Positions 46,608 to 56,598 of a stretch of 64,000 nt of DNA are shown here, piece after piece. Source of the stretch: Candidatus Entotheonellaceae bacterium (lineage in GTDB: Bacteria > Tectomicrobia > Entotheonellia > Entotheonellales > Entotheonellaceae). The stretch is taken from the NCBI GenBank assembly GCA_965238075.1, contig OZ250173.1, positions 864,001 to 928,000 of the forward strand, written 5' to 3'. The notes below the pieces were generated by a model, which was given only the letters and a program-made list of their open reading frames with translations, did no database searches and was not told where the DNA came from. The translations under genes and the position numbers were made by a program. Numbering within the stretch: the first letter of the stretch is position 1; every line of letters begins with the position of its first letter.

Positions 46608-49600
46608 ATGGGGCAACAGAGTTTCGTTCATCTTCACCTGCACACCGAATTCAGCCTGCTGGATGGGGCAAACCGCATCGACGAACTCCTGGATCGCGCC
46701 AAGCAGCTTCGCATGCCGGCCGTGGCGATCACCGACCACGGCAACATGTTCGGCGCCATGAAATTCTACAAGGCGGCTCAGGCGCGCGGCATTAAGCCGA
46801 TCCTGGGCTGCGAGACCTACGTGGCGCCGACCACGCGTTTCGACCGCAGCCGCCAGGGCATCGGCTCGGCGGCGCATCACCTGACGCTGCTGGCCAGCAA
46901 CTACGCCGGTTATCAGAATCTCTCCCGACTCCTGAGCAAGGCGTTCCTGGAGGGCTTTTATTACCGCCCGCGCATCGACAAGGAACTCCTGGCCGAACAC
47001 GCTGAGGGGTTGATCGGCCTCACCGGCTGCCTCAAGGGCGAGGTCAACGGGCACATCCTCAACGGCAACATGAAGCAGGCGGCGGACGCCATTGACAGCT
47101 ATCGCCAAATCCTGGGGCACGAAAACGTTTACCTGGAGCTCATGGATCACGGCGTCGACGGCCAACGTCAGGCCAACACCGAACTGCTGAAGTTCAGCAA
47201 GGACTTCGGCCTACCGGTCGTCGCCACCAACGACTGCCACTACCTGCGCAAAGAGGACGCCTCGCCGCACGACGTATTGATGTGCATCGGCACCGGCAAG
47301 AGCGTGCACGATACCCAACGCATGCGCTATGAGCAGGAGGAGTTCTACGTCAAGACCCCGGAGGAGATGTACCGCGTCTTCGCCGAGGCGCCGGAGGCGT
47401 GCGCCAACACGCTGCTGATCGCCGAGCGCTGCGACCTGCACTTGCCGTTCGACAAACCCCTGTTGCCCCGTTACCAGACGCCGGACGGCGAGCCGCTCGA
47501 CGCCTATCTGGAGCAGGTCGCCCGCCAAGGGCTGGAAGACCGCTTGGTGCAGGCGCGCAGCGGCGGAGAGCGCAAACACAGCGACGAAGCGTACCAACAG
47601 CGACTCGACAAGGAACTCGGCATCATCCGCGATACCGGGTATTCGGGCTATTTCCTGATCGTCTGGGACTTCATCCGCTACGCCCGCGAGCACGACATCC
47701 CGGTGGGACCGGGGCGGGGGTCGGTGGCCGGCAGCCTGGCCGCCTACGCGTTGCGTATCACCGACGTCGACCCACTTAGATACGACCTGCTGTTTGAGCG
47801 TTTCCTGAACCCCGAGCGTGTCACCATGCCCGACATCGACATCGACTTCTGCATGGAGCGGCGCGACGAGGTGATCCGCTACGTCACCGAGAAATACGGC
47901 GCCGAAAACGTCGCCCAGATCATCACCTTCGGCACCATGCTGGCCAAGGGCGTCCTGCGCGACGTGGGGCGCGCCATGGACATGCCGTATAGCGAGGTGG
48001 ACCGCATCGCCAAGCTGATACCGAACCGCCTGAACGTGTCGCTCGACGACGCCGTGCAGGAGGAGCCGCGGCTGCGTGAGATTCAGGAACGCGATCCGCA
48101 GGTGGGACGCCTGATCGAAACGGCACGGCGGCTGGAGGGCCTGTCGCGACATGCCTCGGTGCACGCCGCCGGGGTGGTGATTTCGCCCGAGCCCCTGCAC
48201 AACATCGTGCCGCTGGCCAAGGGTGCCAAGGACGAAGTGGTCACCCAATACACGATGGACGACGTGGAGGGCATGGGCCTCCTGAAGATGGATTTCCTCG
48301 GTCTGCGCACCCTCACGGTGATCCACAACACAGTCAAAATGATCAAGAAAAATCGGGGCGTCGAGATCGACAGCAACAACCTGCCCCTTGACGATACGCC
48401 GACCTACCAACTGCTGTCCGAGGCGCGCAGCGTCGGCATCTTTCAGCTTGAAGGACGTGGGGTGCGCGACCTGCTTCGCAAGCTACAGCCGGAAGTCTTC
48501 GAGGACTTGGTGGCTCTGGTGGCGCTCTACCGCCCCGGTCCGTTGGGCAGCGGCATGGTGGACGATTTCATCGAGCGCCGACACGGTCAGCGGAGCATCA
48601 CCTACGAAGTGCCCGCCTTGGAGCCGATCCTGCGCTCGACCTATGGCGTTATCGTCTTCCAGGAGCAGGTGATGCAGATCGCCACCACCCTGGCCGGCTT
48701 CACCCCCGGCGGTGCCGATCTACTGCGCCGGGCCATGGGCAAAAAAAAGGCCGAGGTGATGGACGAGCAACGCGAGCATTTCGTCCAGGGTGCGGTGCAA
48801 AACGGCTACGCCGCGGAGCAGGCCGGGCGCATTTTCGACCTGATGGCCTACTTCGCCGGCTACGGTTTTAACCGCAGCCACAGCGTCGCCTACGCCCTAC
48901 TGGCCTATTGCACAGCCTACCTCAAGGCCCATTTTCCGAATGAATTCATGGCCGCGCTGATGGGCTGTGACATGGAAAACACCGACAAGCTGATGCGATA
49001 TATCGGTGACTGCCGCGACATGGGACTGACGACACTGGCGCCCAACATCAACGATGGGCTCTACGGCTTTGCGGTCGGCGGGGAGCAGTTGCGCTTCGGC
49101 CTAGGCGCCATCAAGGGCGTCGGGCAAAATGCCGTTGCGTCGATTGTCGAAGAGCGCGAGGCGAACGGCCCCTATCAGTCGTTCTTTGATCTGTGCGAGC
49201 GGCTGGATTCCCGACAGGTCAACCGCAAGGTCATCGAGGGTCTGATCAAGGGCGGCGCTCTGGATTGTCTGGGCCTGACGCGCTGGGACATGCTGGGCAA
49301 CATGGCTCCCGTGCTGGAATGGGCGCAGCGCCAGCAGACGGACCGTCAGGAGGGTCAAATCAACCTGTTCGGCAACAGCACCGAGGGTGCCGCGGCCACG
49401 GCACCTAAGATTGATGCCATGTCGGCATGGTCAAACAGTGAGCAACTGACCTACGAGAAGGAAGCTCTGGGATTTTACTTCAGCAGCCATCCGTTGATAG
49501 CCGTGCAGGACGAGTGGCGCCGCATGATCAGCACGACAAGTCGCGAGCTCGCCGAGTGCCACGGCGGACAATCGATCACCGTCGGCGGTATCGTCACCCA

Positions 49601-50066
49601 GCACCGCTCGCAGCTCACCAAGAAGGGTGATCGCATGGCCTTCCTCACCATCGAGGACCTGCACGGCAGCTTTGAGGTGACCGTTTTCCCCGACGTTTAT
49701 CGAGACAGTATCACCGCCTGTGAGAGCGATGCGCCGCTCATCGTCTGGGGCAAAGTGGAAGGCGACAGCAGTGACGGACGTCTCATCGCCCAACGTATCG
49801 CGCCTCTGAAGGACGCGGCGACGCTGGGCGAACTCAAGCGCCTGACGCTGACCCTGGCGTGCCATCTGGAGCAAGACACGCTGCGGCAAGTGCGTGACCT
49901 GTTGACGCAGACCCCCGGCACCTGCGGCGTCATGCTGGCACTGCGCTTTGCCGATGGCGATCAGATGAGTCTGCGCGCCGCCAATCAGTTCAACGTCACG
50001 CCATCCATGGACCTGCTGGCACAGTTGGAAGGCCTCTTGGGGACGGACAATGTACGAGTGGCTTAA
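46608..50066 (+). CDS. dnaE: DNA polymerase III alpha subunit
   Basis: HLHLHTEFSLLDG PHP domain, GPGRGS, FERFLNPER..PDIDIDF, KMDFLGL, YGFNRSH. Confidence 0.98.
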   Translation: MGQQSFVHLHLHTEFSLLDGANRIDELLDRAKQLRMPAVAITDHGNMFGAMKFYKAAQARGIKPILGCETYVAPTTRFDRSRQGIGSAAHHLTLLASNYAGYQNLSRLLSKAFLEGFYYRPRIDKELLAEHAEGLIGLTGCLKGEVNGHILNGNMKQAADAIDSYRQILGHENVYLELMDHGVDGQRQANTELLKFSKDFGLPVVATNDCHYLRKEDASPHDVLMCIGTGKSVHDTQRMRYEQEEFYVKTPEEMYRVFAEAPEACANTLLIAERCDLHLPFDKPLLPRYQTPDGEPLDAYLEQVARQGLEDRLVQARSGGERKHSDEAYQQRLDKELGIIRDTGYSGYFLIVWDFIRYAREHDIPVGPGRGSVAGSLAAYALRITDVDPLRYDLLFERFLNPERVTMPDIDIDFCMERRDEVIRYVTEKYGAENVAQIITFGTMLAKGVLRDVGRAMDMPYSEVDRIAKLIPNRLNVSLDDAVQEEPRLREIQERDPQVGRLIETARRLEGLSRHASVHAAGVVISPEPLHNIVPLAKGAKDEVVTQYTMDDVEGMGLLKMDFLGLRTLTVIHNTVKMIKKNRGVEIDSNNLPLDDTPTYQLLSEARSVGIFQLEGRGVRDLLRKLQPEVFEDLVALVALYRPGPLGSGMVDDFIERRHGQRSITYEVPALEPILRSTYGVIVFQEQVMQIATTLAGFTPGGADLLRRAMGKKKAEVMDEQREHFVQGAVQNGYAAEQAGRIFDLMAYFAGYGFNRSHSVAYALLAYCTAYLKAHFPNEFMAALMGCDMENTDKLMRYIGDCRDMGLTTLAPNINDGLYGFAVGGEQLRFGLGAIKGVGQNAVASIVEEREANGPYQSFFDLCERLDSRQVNRKVIEGLIKGGALDCLGLTRWDMLGNMAPVLEWAQRQQTDRQEGQINLFGNSTEGAAATAPKIDAMSAWSNSEQLTYEKEALGFYFSSHPLIAVQDEWRRMISTTSRELAECHGGQSITVGGIVTQHRSQLTKKGDRMAFLTIEDLHGSFEVTVFPDVYRDSITACESDAPLIVWGKVEGDSSDGRLIAQRIAPLKDAATLGELKRLTLTLACHLEQDTLRQVRDLLTQTPGTCGVMLALRFADGDQMSLRAANQFNVTPSMDLLAQLEGLLGTDNVRVA

Positions 50067-50088
50067 AAGCGCTGGCTTAGAGGACGCC

Positions 50089-50778
50089 ATGGAGTGGTTC
50101 CCCGGGTCATTTTCGGAGGCCGCCGGGCAGCTCGGCGATTTGGTCCTGCCCATCGCCTCCCTGGCCTCGTGGGGCGGGCTTATGCTGTGTTCCGTGGTGG
50201 TCCTCGGGCTACTGCTGGAGCGCAGCGTGGTGCTGCGGCGCCGGCGCATCATCCCGACGGGCTTTCTCGCACAGGTGCGGCGTCACTGGTACAAAGGTGA
50301 CGTGAAAGCCGCACTGGCCTGCTGCGACGAGGAACGCGCCGCCATCTCCCGTATTCTGCGCGCCGGGTTGGGCCGTCACGAGGCCGACAGGGAGGAAATC
50401 GAGAAGGCGCTGGAAGTCGCAGGCCAACTTGAGCTGTACAACCTCAGCAGCTATATCCGCGGCTTCGGCTTAGTCGCGAGCCTGGCGCCAATGCTGGGCT
50501 TTCTCGGTACCGTGGCCGGCATGATCGGCGCATTCAATGCCATTGCCGCAGCCGGCACGAGCAATCCTTCCCTGGTGGCAAACGGCATCTCCGCCGCCCT
50601 GCTGAGCACCGCGTCGGGCCTTGTCATCGGCATCCCCGCCCTTGCTCTGTATCATTTCTTCCGCGGCCGCGTGGACCGCTTTGTGCAGGAGATGGAAGAA
50701 GTGGCGCTCGAACTCGTCGAAGACCTCATGCAGCGACAGAGAGTAAGCGAACTCAGGAGACAGGCGGATGCGGTTTAA
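50089..50778 (+). CDS. exbB: MotA/TolQ/ExbB proton channel protein
   Basis: APMLGFLGTVAGMI, LVANGISAAL..TA.GL.IGIP; start uncertain (50050 or 50089). Confidence 0.88.
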   Translation: MEWFPGSFSEAAGQLGDLVLPIASLASWGGLMLCSVVVLGLLLERSVVLRRRRIIPTGFLAQVRRHWYKGDVKAALACCDEERAAISRILRAGLGRHEADREEIEKALEVAGQLELYNLSSYIRGFGLVASLAPMLGFLGTVAGMIGAFNAIAAAGTSNPSLVANGISAALLSTASGLVIGIPALALYHFFRGRVDRFVQEMEEVALELVEDLMQRQRVSELRRQADAV

Positions 50779-51169
50779 GCGTCATGAAGACGATCGTGGT
50801 GGGCAGTTTGAACTCATTTCCATGACGGATATCGTCTTTCTCCTGCTGATCTTCTTCATGATCTCCACCACCTTTGTCGATCTCGGCAGCCATTTGGACA
50901 TACAACTGCCGGAGGCCTCGGGCGGCGAGACCGAACAGACGGCGCAGTCTTACCTTATCGAAATGGGAATGCAAAACGCACTGCTGCTTGACGGAACGCC
51001 TATACAATTGCACGAGATAGCGGGAAAACTCGTCGAAAATCGCACCCCGGGCCGTCAGGATTCGGTGGTCATCAGGGCCGATAAACGGCTGCCTTATGGC
51101 GAGGTGATGGCGGTTTTAGGATTGGTACGGCAGACGCAAATCCGTGATATCGCGGTTGCCGTGCGTTGA
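50768..51169 (+). CDS. exbD: Biopolymer transport protein ExbD/TolR
   Basis: MTDIVFLLLIFFMI, I.LPEA, VIRADK..YG.V. Confidence 0.9.
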   Translation: MRFKRHEDDRGGQFELISMTDIVFLLLIFFMISTTFVDLGSHLDIQLPEASGGETEQTAQSYLIEMGMQNALLLDGTPIQLHEIAGKLVENRTPGRQDSVVIRADKRLPYGEVMAVLGLVRQTQIRDIAVAVR

Positions 51170-51305
51170 TCTTTGTGCTTGCTTGGAGGCGGCTGACTGC
51201 CTACCATATTTCCTTTGTGCTTTTGTAGAGCGACATGCAGCCGGCGATTCGAGCGACAAAGGGAAGGTTGTGTCGTGTCGTTTGGCGTGAAAGAAAATCA
51301 GACGG

Positions 51306-51536
51306 ATGGCCCACGGTGACGAATCATCGGAGAAGCGGTCCCGGTGGCTGCGGCGAGTGGCGTACTGGGGCGGGCGGCTGTTTCAGGTTCTCGGCCTGCT
51401 ACTGCTGTGGTGGCTCTTGCTTATTTTCCCAACCGCCGAGGATATCCGCGCCCTGCTCTACGGCGGGGTAGCGGTAGCCGCGGCGGTGTTTTATCTGGGC
51501 TGGCTGGTTATCCGGTGGACCGTGAAGGCAACGTGA
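51306..51536 (+). CDS. Small hypothetical membrane protein (2 TM)
   Basis: Two hydrophobic segments; co-oriented with the downstream GNAT genes. Confidence 0.55.
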   Translation: MAHGDESSEKRSRWLRRVAYWGGRLFQVLGLLLLWWLLLIFPTAEDIRALLYGGVAVAAAVFYLGWLVIRWTVKAT

Positions 51537-51582
51537 GAACCGGGGGTAGCCGGGTGCCCGAAGGGCCCAAGGCATAACGCCG

Positions 51583-52155
51583 ATGCTGACCAAAAAGACA
51601 CTGTGCTTGTTCGAAATTGATCTCACGTCCGGCGCGCTGCCGCCGTGCGAAGCCCGGCTGGCCGTTGACTACAAGCGGTTGGACGCCGCGGCTTGGGCAG
51701 AGCAAACCCATGTCGATCACGTTACCGACCGGTACTTGTTTCAGGCCCGATTCGACCGCGGCGAACTCGTCTGGACGGCCCATAACGACGCCAACAAGAT
51801 CGTTTCGTATTGTTGGGTTACCGGGCAAGCGGTCGAGATCGGTGAGATCGGCTGCGCTATCAACCCGCGCGCTGATGAAATCTATCTGTACGACGCCTTT
51901 ACGTTCGCGGAACATCGCGGGCAGAATCTCTATCCGGCTGTTTTGCAACGGATTCTGGAACACAGCCGGGAGGTCGGGCTGCGGCGCGCCTTGATTTTCG
52001 TGATGAGTGACAACGTGGCTTCGATTCGCGGCGTTCGCAAGGCGGGCTTTCGCGAGTTTCAGCGCGTCACGTATTACAACATTATCGGTTTTGTCCGTTA
52101 TTCGTACCGGCCGTCCCTCAGCCGCGCCGCGGGGGTCGACCTGCTTCCTGCTTGA
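51583..52155 (+). CDS. GNAT-family N-acetyltransferase
   Basis: YLYDAFT..EHRGQNLY motif A, NVASIRGVRKAGF motif B. Confidence 0.85.
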   Translation: MLTKKTLCLFEIDLTSGALPPCEARLAVDYKRLDAAAWAEQTHVDHVTDRYLFQARFDRGELVWTAHNDANKIVSYCWVTGQAVEIGEIGCAINPRADEIYLYDAFTFAEHRGQNLYPAVLQRILEHSREVGLRRALIFVMSDNVASIRGVRKAGFREFQRVTYYNIIGFVRYSYRPSLSRAAGVDLLPA

Positions 52156-52219
52156 CGGATTCGCAGGTCGCGGTTGACGAGGCCGCGCGTGCCGCCTTCC
52201 TCCTGGTAAGGACTTCTCC

Positions 52220-53257
52220 ATGCATGTTGACGTTTTGACGGCCGAAACTGCCTTTCAAACGCTTCGGCCAGAGTGGCTGCGGCTGCTCGGCGAAATGTCT
52301 TTTCAGAGCGTGTTCTTCACGCCGCAGTGGCAGGAAACGTGGTGGCGCCATTTCGGGGCTGGGCGGCAGTTATCGATCCTCACGGTGCGCTCCGACGACG
52401 GCCGGTTACAGGGGCTTGCACCTCTGATGCGTGGCAACGCGGCCGCCGATACCACCCGTCTGGAGTTTATTGGCGATCTCGAACTGTGCGATTATTTTGA
52501 CCTGCTTATCGCTCCGCAGCAGCAGGATGACGTCGTGCAGGCGATGGCGGACTACCTCGTGTCACAAGCCAGTGAAGATGTGGAAATCTGCCTGAACAAT
52601 CTGTCGGCCAGTTCGCCGACAGCGGCCCTGCTACAGGACAGCTTGACCAAACAGGGGTTGCTGGTCGAAACCGAAACGATCGAAACCTGTCCCACCATCG
52701 TTTTCCCCACGGATTGGAACGCCTACCTGGGCACCCTGCGCGGCAAGGACCGCCACGAACTGCGTCGCAAGATTCGCCGCGCCGAAAACGCCGCCGAGCT
52801 TGCCTACACTGTCACCGAGGCGCCGGAGCGACTCGACGAGGACCTTGATACCTTCATTGCACTACACCGCATGAGCCAGCAAGACGACAAGCAAGGCTTC
52901 ATGACCCCGTCGAAAGTGGCGTTCTTCAGAGACATGGCACGTCAGCTGTGGCGGGAAGGGTGGCTGGAGTTGGCCTTCCTGCACGCCGACGACCGGCCCA
53001 TCGCGGGGCTGTGCTGTATGACCTACGGCACCACCTATGCGGCGTATAACTCGGGTTACCACCCGGACTACGGCGCCTTGAGCGCGGGGATTGTGCTGTT
53101 TGCCAACCGCATCCGCAGCGCCATCGACCGCGGCTTCGTTGCGTTCGACTTTCTGCGCGGCAATGAAGCCTACAAGTATCGCTTCGGCGCCAGTGACCGC
53201 CCGCTGTCGCAGTTCATGGTGCGGAGCGTTTGTCCGGTTCAGGAGTCGTGCGTATGA
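52220..53257 (+). CDS. GNAT (CelD/BcsL-like, Acetyltransf_6) protein
   Basis: VFFTPQW..WW, GLAPL, CDYFD, RHELRRKIRR, YNSGY..LSAG, FDFLRGNEAYKYRFG. Confidence 0.87.
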   Translation: MHVDVLTAETAFQTLRPEWLRLLGEMSFQSVFFTPQWQETWWRHFGAGRQLSILTVRSDDGRLQGLAPLMRGNAAADTTRLEFIGDLELCDYFDLLIAPQQQDDVVQAMADYLVSQASEDVEICLNNLSASSPTAALLQDSLTKQGLLVETETIETCPTIVFPTDWNAYLGTLRGKDRHELRRKIRRAENAAELAYTVTEAPERLDEDLDTFIALHRMSQQDDKQGFMTPSKVAFFRDMARQLWREGWLELAFLHADDRPIAGLCCMTYGTTYAAYNSGYHPDYGALSAGIVLFANRIRSAIDRGFVAFDFLRGNEAYKYRFGASDRPLSQFMVRSVCPVQESCV

Positions 53258-54567
53258 GGTCTGTTGCAACCCCCGTGCTACCACCGCGGCGGGTGGCCAT
53301 GATCAGCGTGCATAGCTGTCCGCTGGCCACCCTAGGCGGGCGCGAAACCGGCGGCATGAATGTTTACGTGCGGGAGTTGAGCCGCCACTTGAGCGAGCTA
53401 GGCATCGCCGTGGACGTTTACACGCGCCGCCAGGACCCTTGTCATCCGACCGTGGTTGATTTTGCGGATCAAGCGCGCGTCATCCATCTGTCTGCCGGCC
53501 CGGCGGCGCCGTACAGCAAGCACCGGGTTTGGGACCACCTGCCCGAATTTGTTAATGGTATACAGGACTTTATCAACGAGCACGCCCTGCAGTACGACAT
53601 CATCCACAGCCACTACTGGTTGTCTGGCTGGGTTGCGATGCAGCTTCGCCTGACCCTCGGCCTGCCCATCGTTCACATGTCTCATACACTGGGTTACCCG
53701 AAAAACGCCGCGGCTCAGCTTCCCTGGGAGCAGGAACCCAGACGGCGGCTGCAGGTCGAGCGCAAGGTGCTCCAGGGCAGCGACGCCTTGGTGGCGGAGA
53801 GCCCTGCCAGCAAGCAGCATATGGTGTGGCACTATGACGTCGATCCGGCAGACGCGGTGGTGATCCCTTGCGGCGTGGATATGGCGCGGTTTCAGCCCCA
53901 GGATAAACGACGTGCCAGGACTGACTTGTCGTTGCCGCCCACGGCGCCAATCCTGCTCTCTGTCGGGCGCCTACAGCCTTCCAAAGGAATAGATACCTTG
54001 CTGCGGGCCGCCGCCGACATCCGTCATGACTACCCGGACGTTTGCGTTCTGGTCGTCGGCGGCGGACTCGATGATCAGGACGAGCGTGAAACGGCGGAAC
54101 TCAACCGCCTGCAAGCGCTGGGACACAGATTGAGGTTGACCAACGTGCATTACATCAAGGCGCAGCCCCAGGAAAAATTGGCTCAGTATTACGCTGCCGC
54201 CGACGTTTTCGTCATGCCGTCGCACTACGAATCATTCGGCATGGTGGCATTAGAAGCGATGGCCTGCGGCACGCCGGTGGTGGCGTCGGAAGTCGGTGGC
54301 CTGGCCTCCACGATCATTCACGACGACTCCGGCTTGCTGGTTCCCTCGGGCGACTGGCGGGCCTTTGCGCAGGCCATTTCCCGCCTCCTGGCCTCCCCGC
54401 AGTTGCAAAGCGCCATGCGCCAAGCCGGCCCCGAACGGGCACAAGCTTTCGCTTGGCCGCTTATCGTCGATAACAATGTGCGGCTTTATCGCCGTCTCAT
54501 CCTTCAGCAAAACACCACGACCTCCACGCTCGCCGTTGGCGTCCCCTGTTCCACTACCCCCGCCTGA
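53254..54567 (+). CDS. GT4 glycosyltransferase, MshA-like
   Basis: MISVHSCPL..GGRETGGMNVYV, HSHYWLSG, VGRLQP.KG, PSHYESFGMVALEAMACGTPV. Confidence 0.88.
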   Translation: MRSVATPVLPPRRVAMISVHSCPLATLGGRETGGMNVYVRELSRHLSELGIAVDVYTRRQDPCHPTVVDFADQARVIHLSAGPAAPYSKHRVWDHLPEFVNGIQDFINEHALQYDIIHSHYWLSGWVAMQLRLTLGLPIVHMSHTLGYPKNAAAQLPWEQEPRRRLQVERKVLQGSDALVAESPASKQHMVWHYDVDPADAVVIPCGVDMARFQPQDKRRARTDLSLPPTAPILLSVGRLQPSKGIDTLLRAAADIRHDYPDVCVLVVGGGLDDQDERETAELNRLQALGHRLRLTNVHYIKAQPQEKLAQYYAAADVFVMPSHYESFGMVALEAMACGTPVVASEVGGLASTIIHDDSGLLVPSGDWRAFAQAISRLLASPQLQSAMRQAGPERAQAFAWPLIVDNNVRLYRRLILQQNTTTSTLAVGVPCSTTPA

Positions 54568-54570
54568 GCC

Positions 54571-54969
54571 GTGAGCCCGACCGAAAGTCGTAGGAACCGC
54601 AGAATCGTCGTTCGGTGGGCCCTGGCCGTTCTCTACGCTGCCGGCATTTCCGTGGTCTCCAGCATCCCAGGGGACGATTTGCCGCAACTCATGATTGGCG
54701 ACAAACTGGTGCACGCGCTGGTATTCGGCGGTCTGGCCGTATTGATCTACCGGAGCTTGAGGTTGCAGAAGCCGGCGTGGTCGCGGCAGGCCGTGGTCGT
54801 ATTTGGCGTGCTGGCGACCGTTGCCTATGGTTGTCTTGACGAAGGGCATCAATCGCTGGTGAGCGAGCGGCGGGCGGAACTAGCGGACGTGGCGGCCGAC
54901 GGGATCGGCGCCCTACTGGCCGGGTGGGGATGGAACAAGGCAGCAAAAGCGTGGGATTGGTTGCAATAG
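54571..54969 (+). CDS. VanZ-family membrane protein
   Basis: SSIP, DKLVH, YG.LDE.HQ..V..R..D..AD.IG. Confidence 0.88.
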   Translation: MSPTESRRNRRIVVRWALAVLYAAGISVVSSIPGDDLPQLMIGDKLVHALVFGGLAVLIYRSLRLQKPAWSRQAVVVFGVLATVAYGCLDEGHQSLVSERRAELADVAADGIGALLAGWGWNKAAKAWDWLQ

Positions 54970-54987
54970 GAAGCGATGCGGACTACA

Positions 54988-55071
54988 TGCCGAGGGCCGG
55001 ACTCGAACCGGCACGGACCCAGGGTCCAACGGATTTTAAGTCCGTTGTGTCTACCATTCCACCACCCCGGC
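54988..55071 (-). tRNA. tRNA-Leu(TAA)
   Basis: GCCGGGGTGGTGGAATGGTAGACAC..GACTTAAAATC..long variable arm..GGTTCGAGTCC..CGGCA; CCA not encoded. Confidence 0.95.
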
Positions 55072-55132
55072 AATAAAACGCAGACGAGAATTTGTGTTTG
55101 AAGGGGAAAAAGGAATCTACTGAAGGCGTGAG

Positions 55133-55203
<71 letters not shown>

Positions 55204-55242
55204 GATGTATGAGGAAGTGTCCGCAGCCTAGCGCTTAGCGGA

Positions 55243-55315
55243 AGCGGGTGACCGGATTCGAACCGGCGACCCCAACCTTGGCAAGGTTGTGCTCTACCAG
55301 CTGAGCTACACCCGC
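55243..55315 (-). tRNA. tRNA-Gly(GCC)
   Basis: GCGGGTGTAGCTCAGCTGGTAGAGC..TTGCCAA..GGTTCGAATCC..CCCGCT. Confidence 0.96.
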
Positions 55316-55337
55316 GTTGCCTCCCGCAAGGCAGGAG

Positions 55338-55366
55338 ACTATATAGCAGATTCCTCTTCCTTGCAA
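55338..55366 (-). promoter_or_regulatory. Putative sigma70 promoter of the tRNA operon
   Basis: Minus strand TTGCAA-N17-TATAGT, ~22 nt upstream of tRNA-Gly. Confidence 0.55.
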
Positions 55367-55392
55367 AGCCAAAATATCCCCATCTCGATGGG

Positions 55393-55977
55393 TCACCACA
55401 AGCGGGATTCGGTCCCCTGCATGAGTCGTTGCAGGTTGCCGCGGTGCGCGCCCAGAATGAGCAACGCAGCGGCGCTTGCCGCCATCACAAATGGCGGTGG
55501 ATCGCCCCGCAGCAATGCCAGCAACGGCACGATCAGCGCGGCAAGCATGGACGCTACAGACACGTAACGCAGCAACAGCGTCACGGCCATCCAGACGACG
55601 ACCGCACCCAGAGTCGGCCAGGGCAAGAGAGGGACCATAACGCCCAGCGATGTCGCCACGCCTTTGCCGCCCTGAAACCGGTAGTATAACGGAAACATGT
55701 GGCCAAGGATGGCGGCCAAGGCAGCCAGGGCCGTGACGATTAAGGAAGCCCCCCACCACTGCGCCAACAAAACCGCCAGACAACCCTTGGCGCTATCGCC
55801 CAACAGGGTGAAGAGCGCCGGCCTTCGCCCCACCGTGCGCGCGACGTTGGCGGCGCCGATGTTGCCGCTGCCGCTCTCCCGCAATTTGGCCTGCCCATAC
55901 CACCTCGCCACGAACAGCCCAAACGAGAACGATCCGAGCAAGTAGGCCACTGCTACGACTGCGACGTTCGAGACCAT
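55393..55977 (-). CDS. plsY: Glycerol-3-phosphate acyltransferase
   Basis: AYLLGS, GSGNIGAANV.R, D..KG, GHMFP..FQGGKGVAT, HRGNLQRL..GTE. Confidence 0.95.
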   Translation of the reverse strand: MVSNVAVVAVAYLLGSFSFGLFVARWYGQAKLRESGSGNIGAANVARTVGRRPALFTLLGDSAKGCLAVLLAQWWGASLIVTALAALAAILGHMFPLYYRFQGGKGVATSLGVMVPLLPWPTLGAVVVWMAVTLLLRYVSVASMLAALIVPLLALLRGDPPPFVMAASAAALLILGAHRGNLQRLMQGTESRLW

Positions 55978-55990
55978 GACCGAAGGCTTT

Positions 55991-56566
55991 CTAGAGAATC
56001 TGCGCCAGGTACTTGCGCAGGTACTCAATGCCGGAAACGACGCTCAGGACCAGTCCCACGCCCAAGGCGATCATTCCAGGCCAGTATAACTCGGGGAGGT
56101 TCAGGACAAGCAAGAAGGCGCCAACGATGAGGAACAGCATTTTGTACTTGCCGTATACCTCGGCGGCAATGATGACGTGCCGGTCCGCGGCCATGGCGCG
56201 AAGGCCGGTAACCGCCAGCTCGCGGCACAGAATGATGACCACGATCCACGCCGGCACCTGTTGCCGGCCCACCAGCGATACCAACGCAGCGGTAACCAGA
56301 AGCTTGTCGGCTATCGGATCGAGCAGTTGGCCCAGACGCGTGATCTGGTTCGTGCTGCGCGCCAGGTGGCCGTCGAGCCAGTCCGTGAAAGCGGCAATGA
56401 GGAAGATGGTCGCCGCAATGATGGGCGACCAGCCGCGCGGCGAAATCAGAAACACCAGCAGAATCGGCACCAGGAAGATGCGCATCAGGGTGATCCGATT
56501 GGGCCAGTTCAGCCCGTGCCACGTCTGTGACTGCGATGCAGATGAATCGGATTGCTGTAATGCCAT
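55991..56566 (-). CDS. pgsA: Phosphatidylglycerophosphate synthase
   Basis: NWPNRITLMRI, TDWLDGHLAR..TRLGQLLDPIADKLL, RELAVTGLR, GKYK. Confidence 0.95.
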   Translation of the reverse strand: MALQQSDSSASQSQTWHGLNWPNRITLMRIFLVPILLVFLISPRGWSPIIAATIFLIAAFTDWLDGHLARSTNQITRLGQLLDPIADKLLVTAALVSLVGRQQVPAWIVVIILCRELAVTGLRAMAADRHVIIAAEVYGKYKMLFLIVGAFLLVLNLPELYWPGMIALGVGLVLSVVSGIEYLRKYLAQIL

Positions 56567-56598
56567 AAGCTCCAAAGCCTCGACCAGCGGGCGTTATG

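Noticed and set aside
46608-50066. Intein or split in dnaE
   Set aside because: Normal length (1152 aa) with continuous motifs.
53254-54567. Assigning mshA / mycothiol biosynthesis
   Set aside because: Motif similarity alone is insufficient and no other msh genes are in the window.
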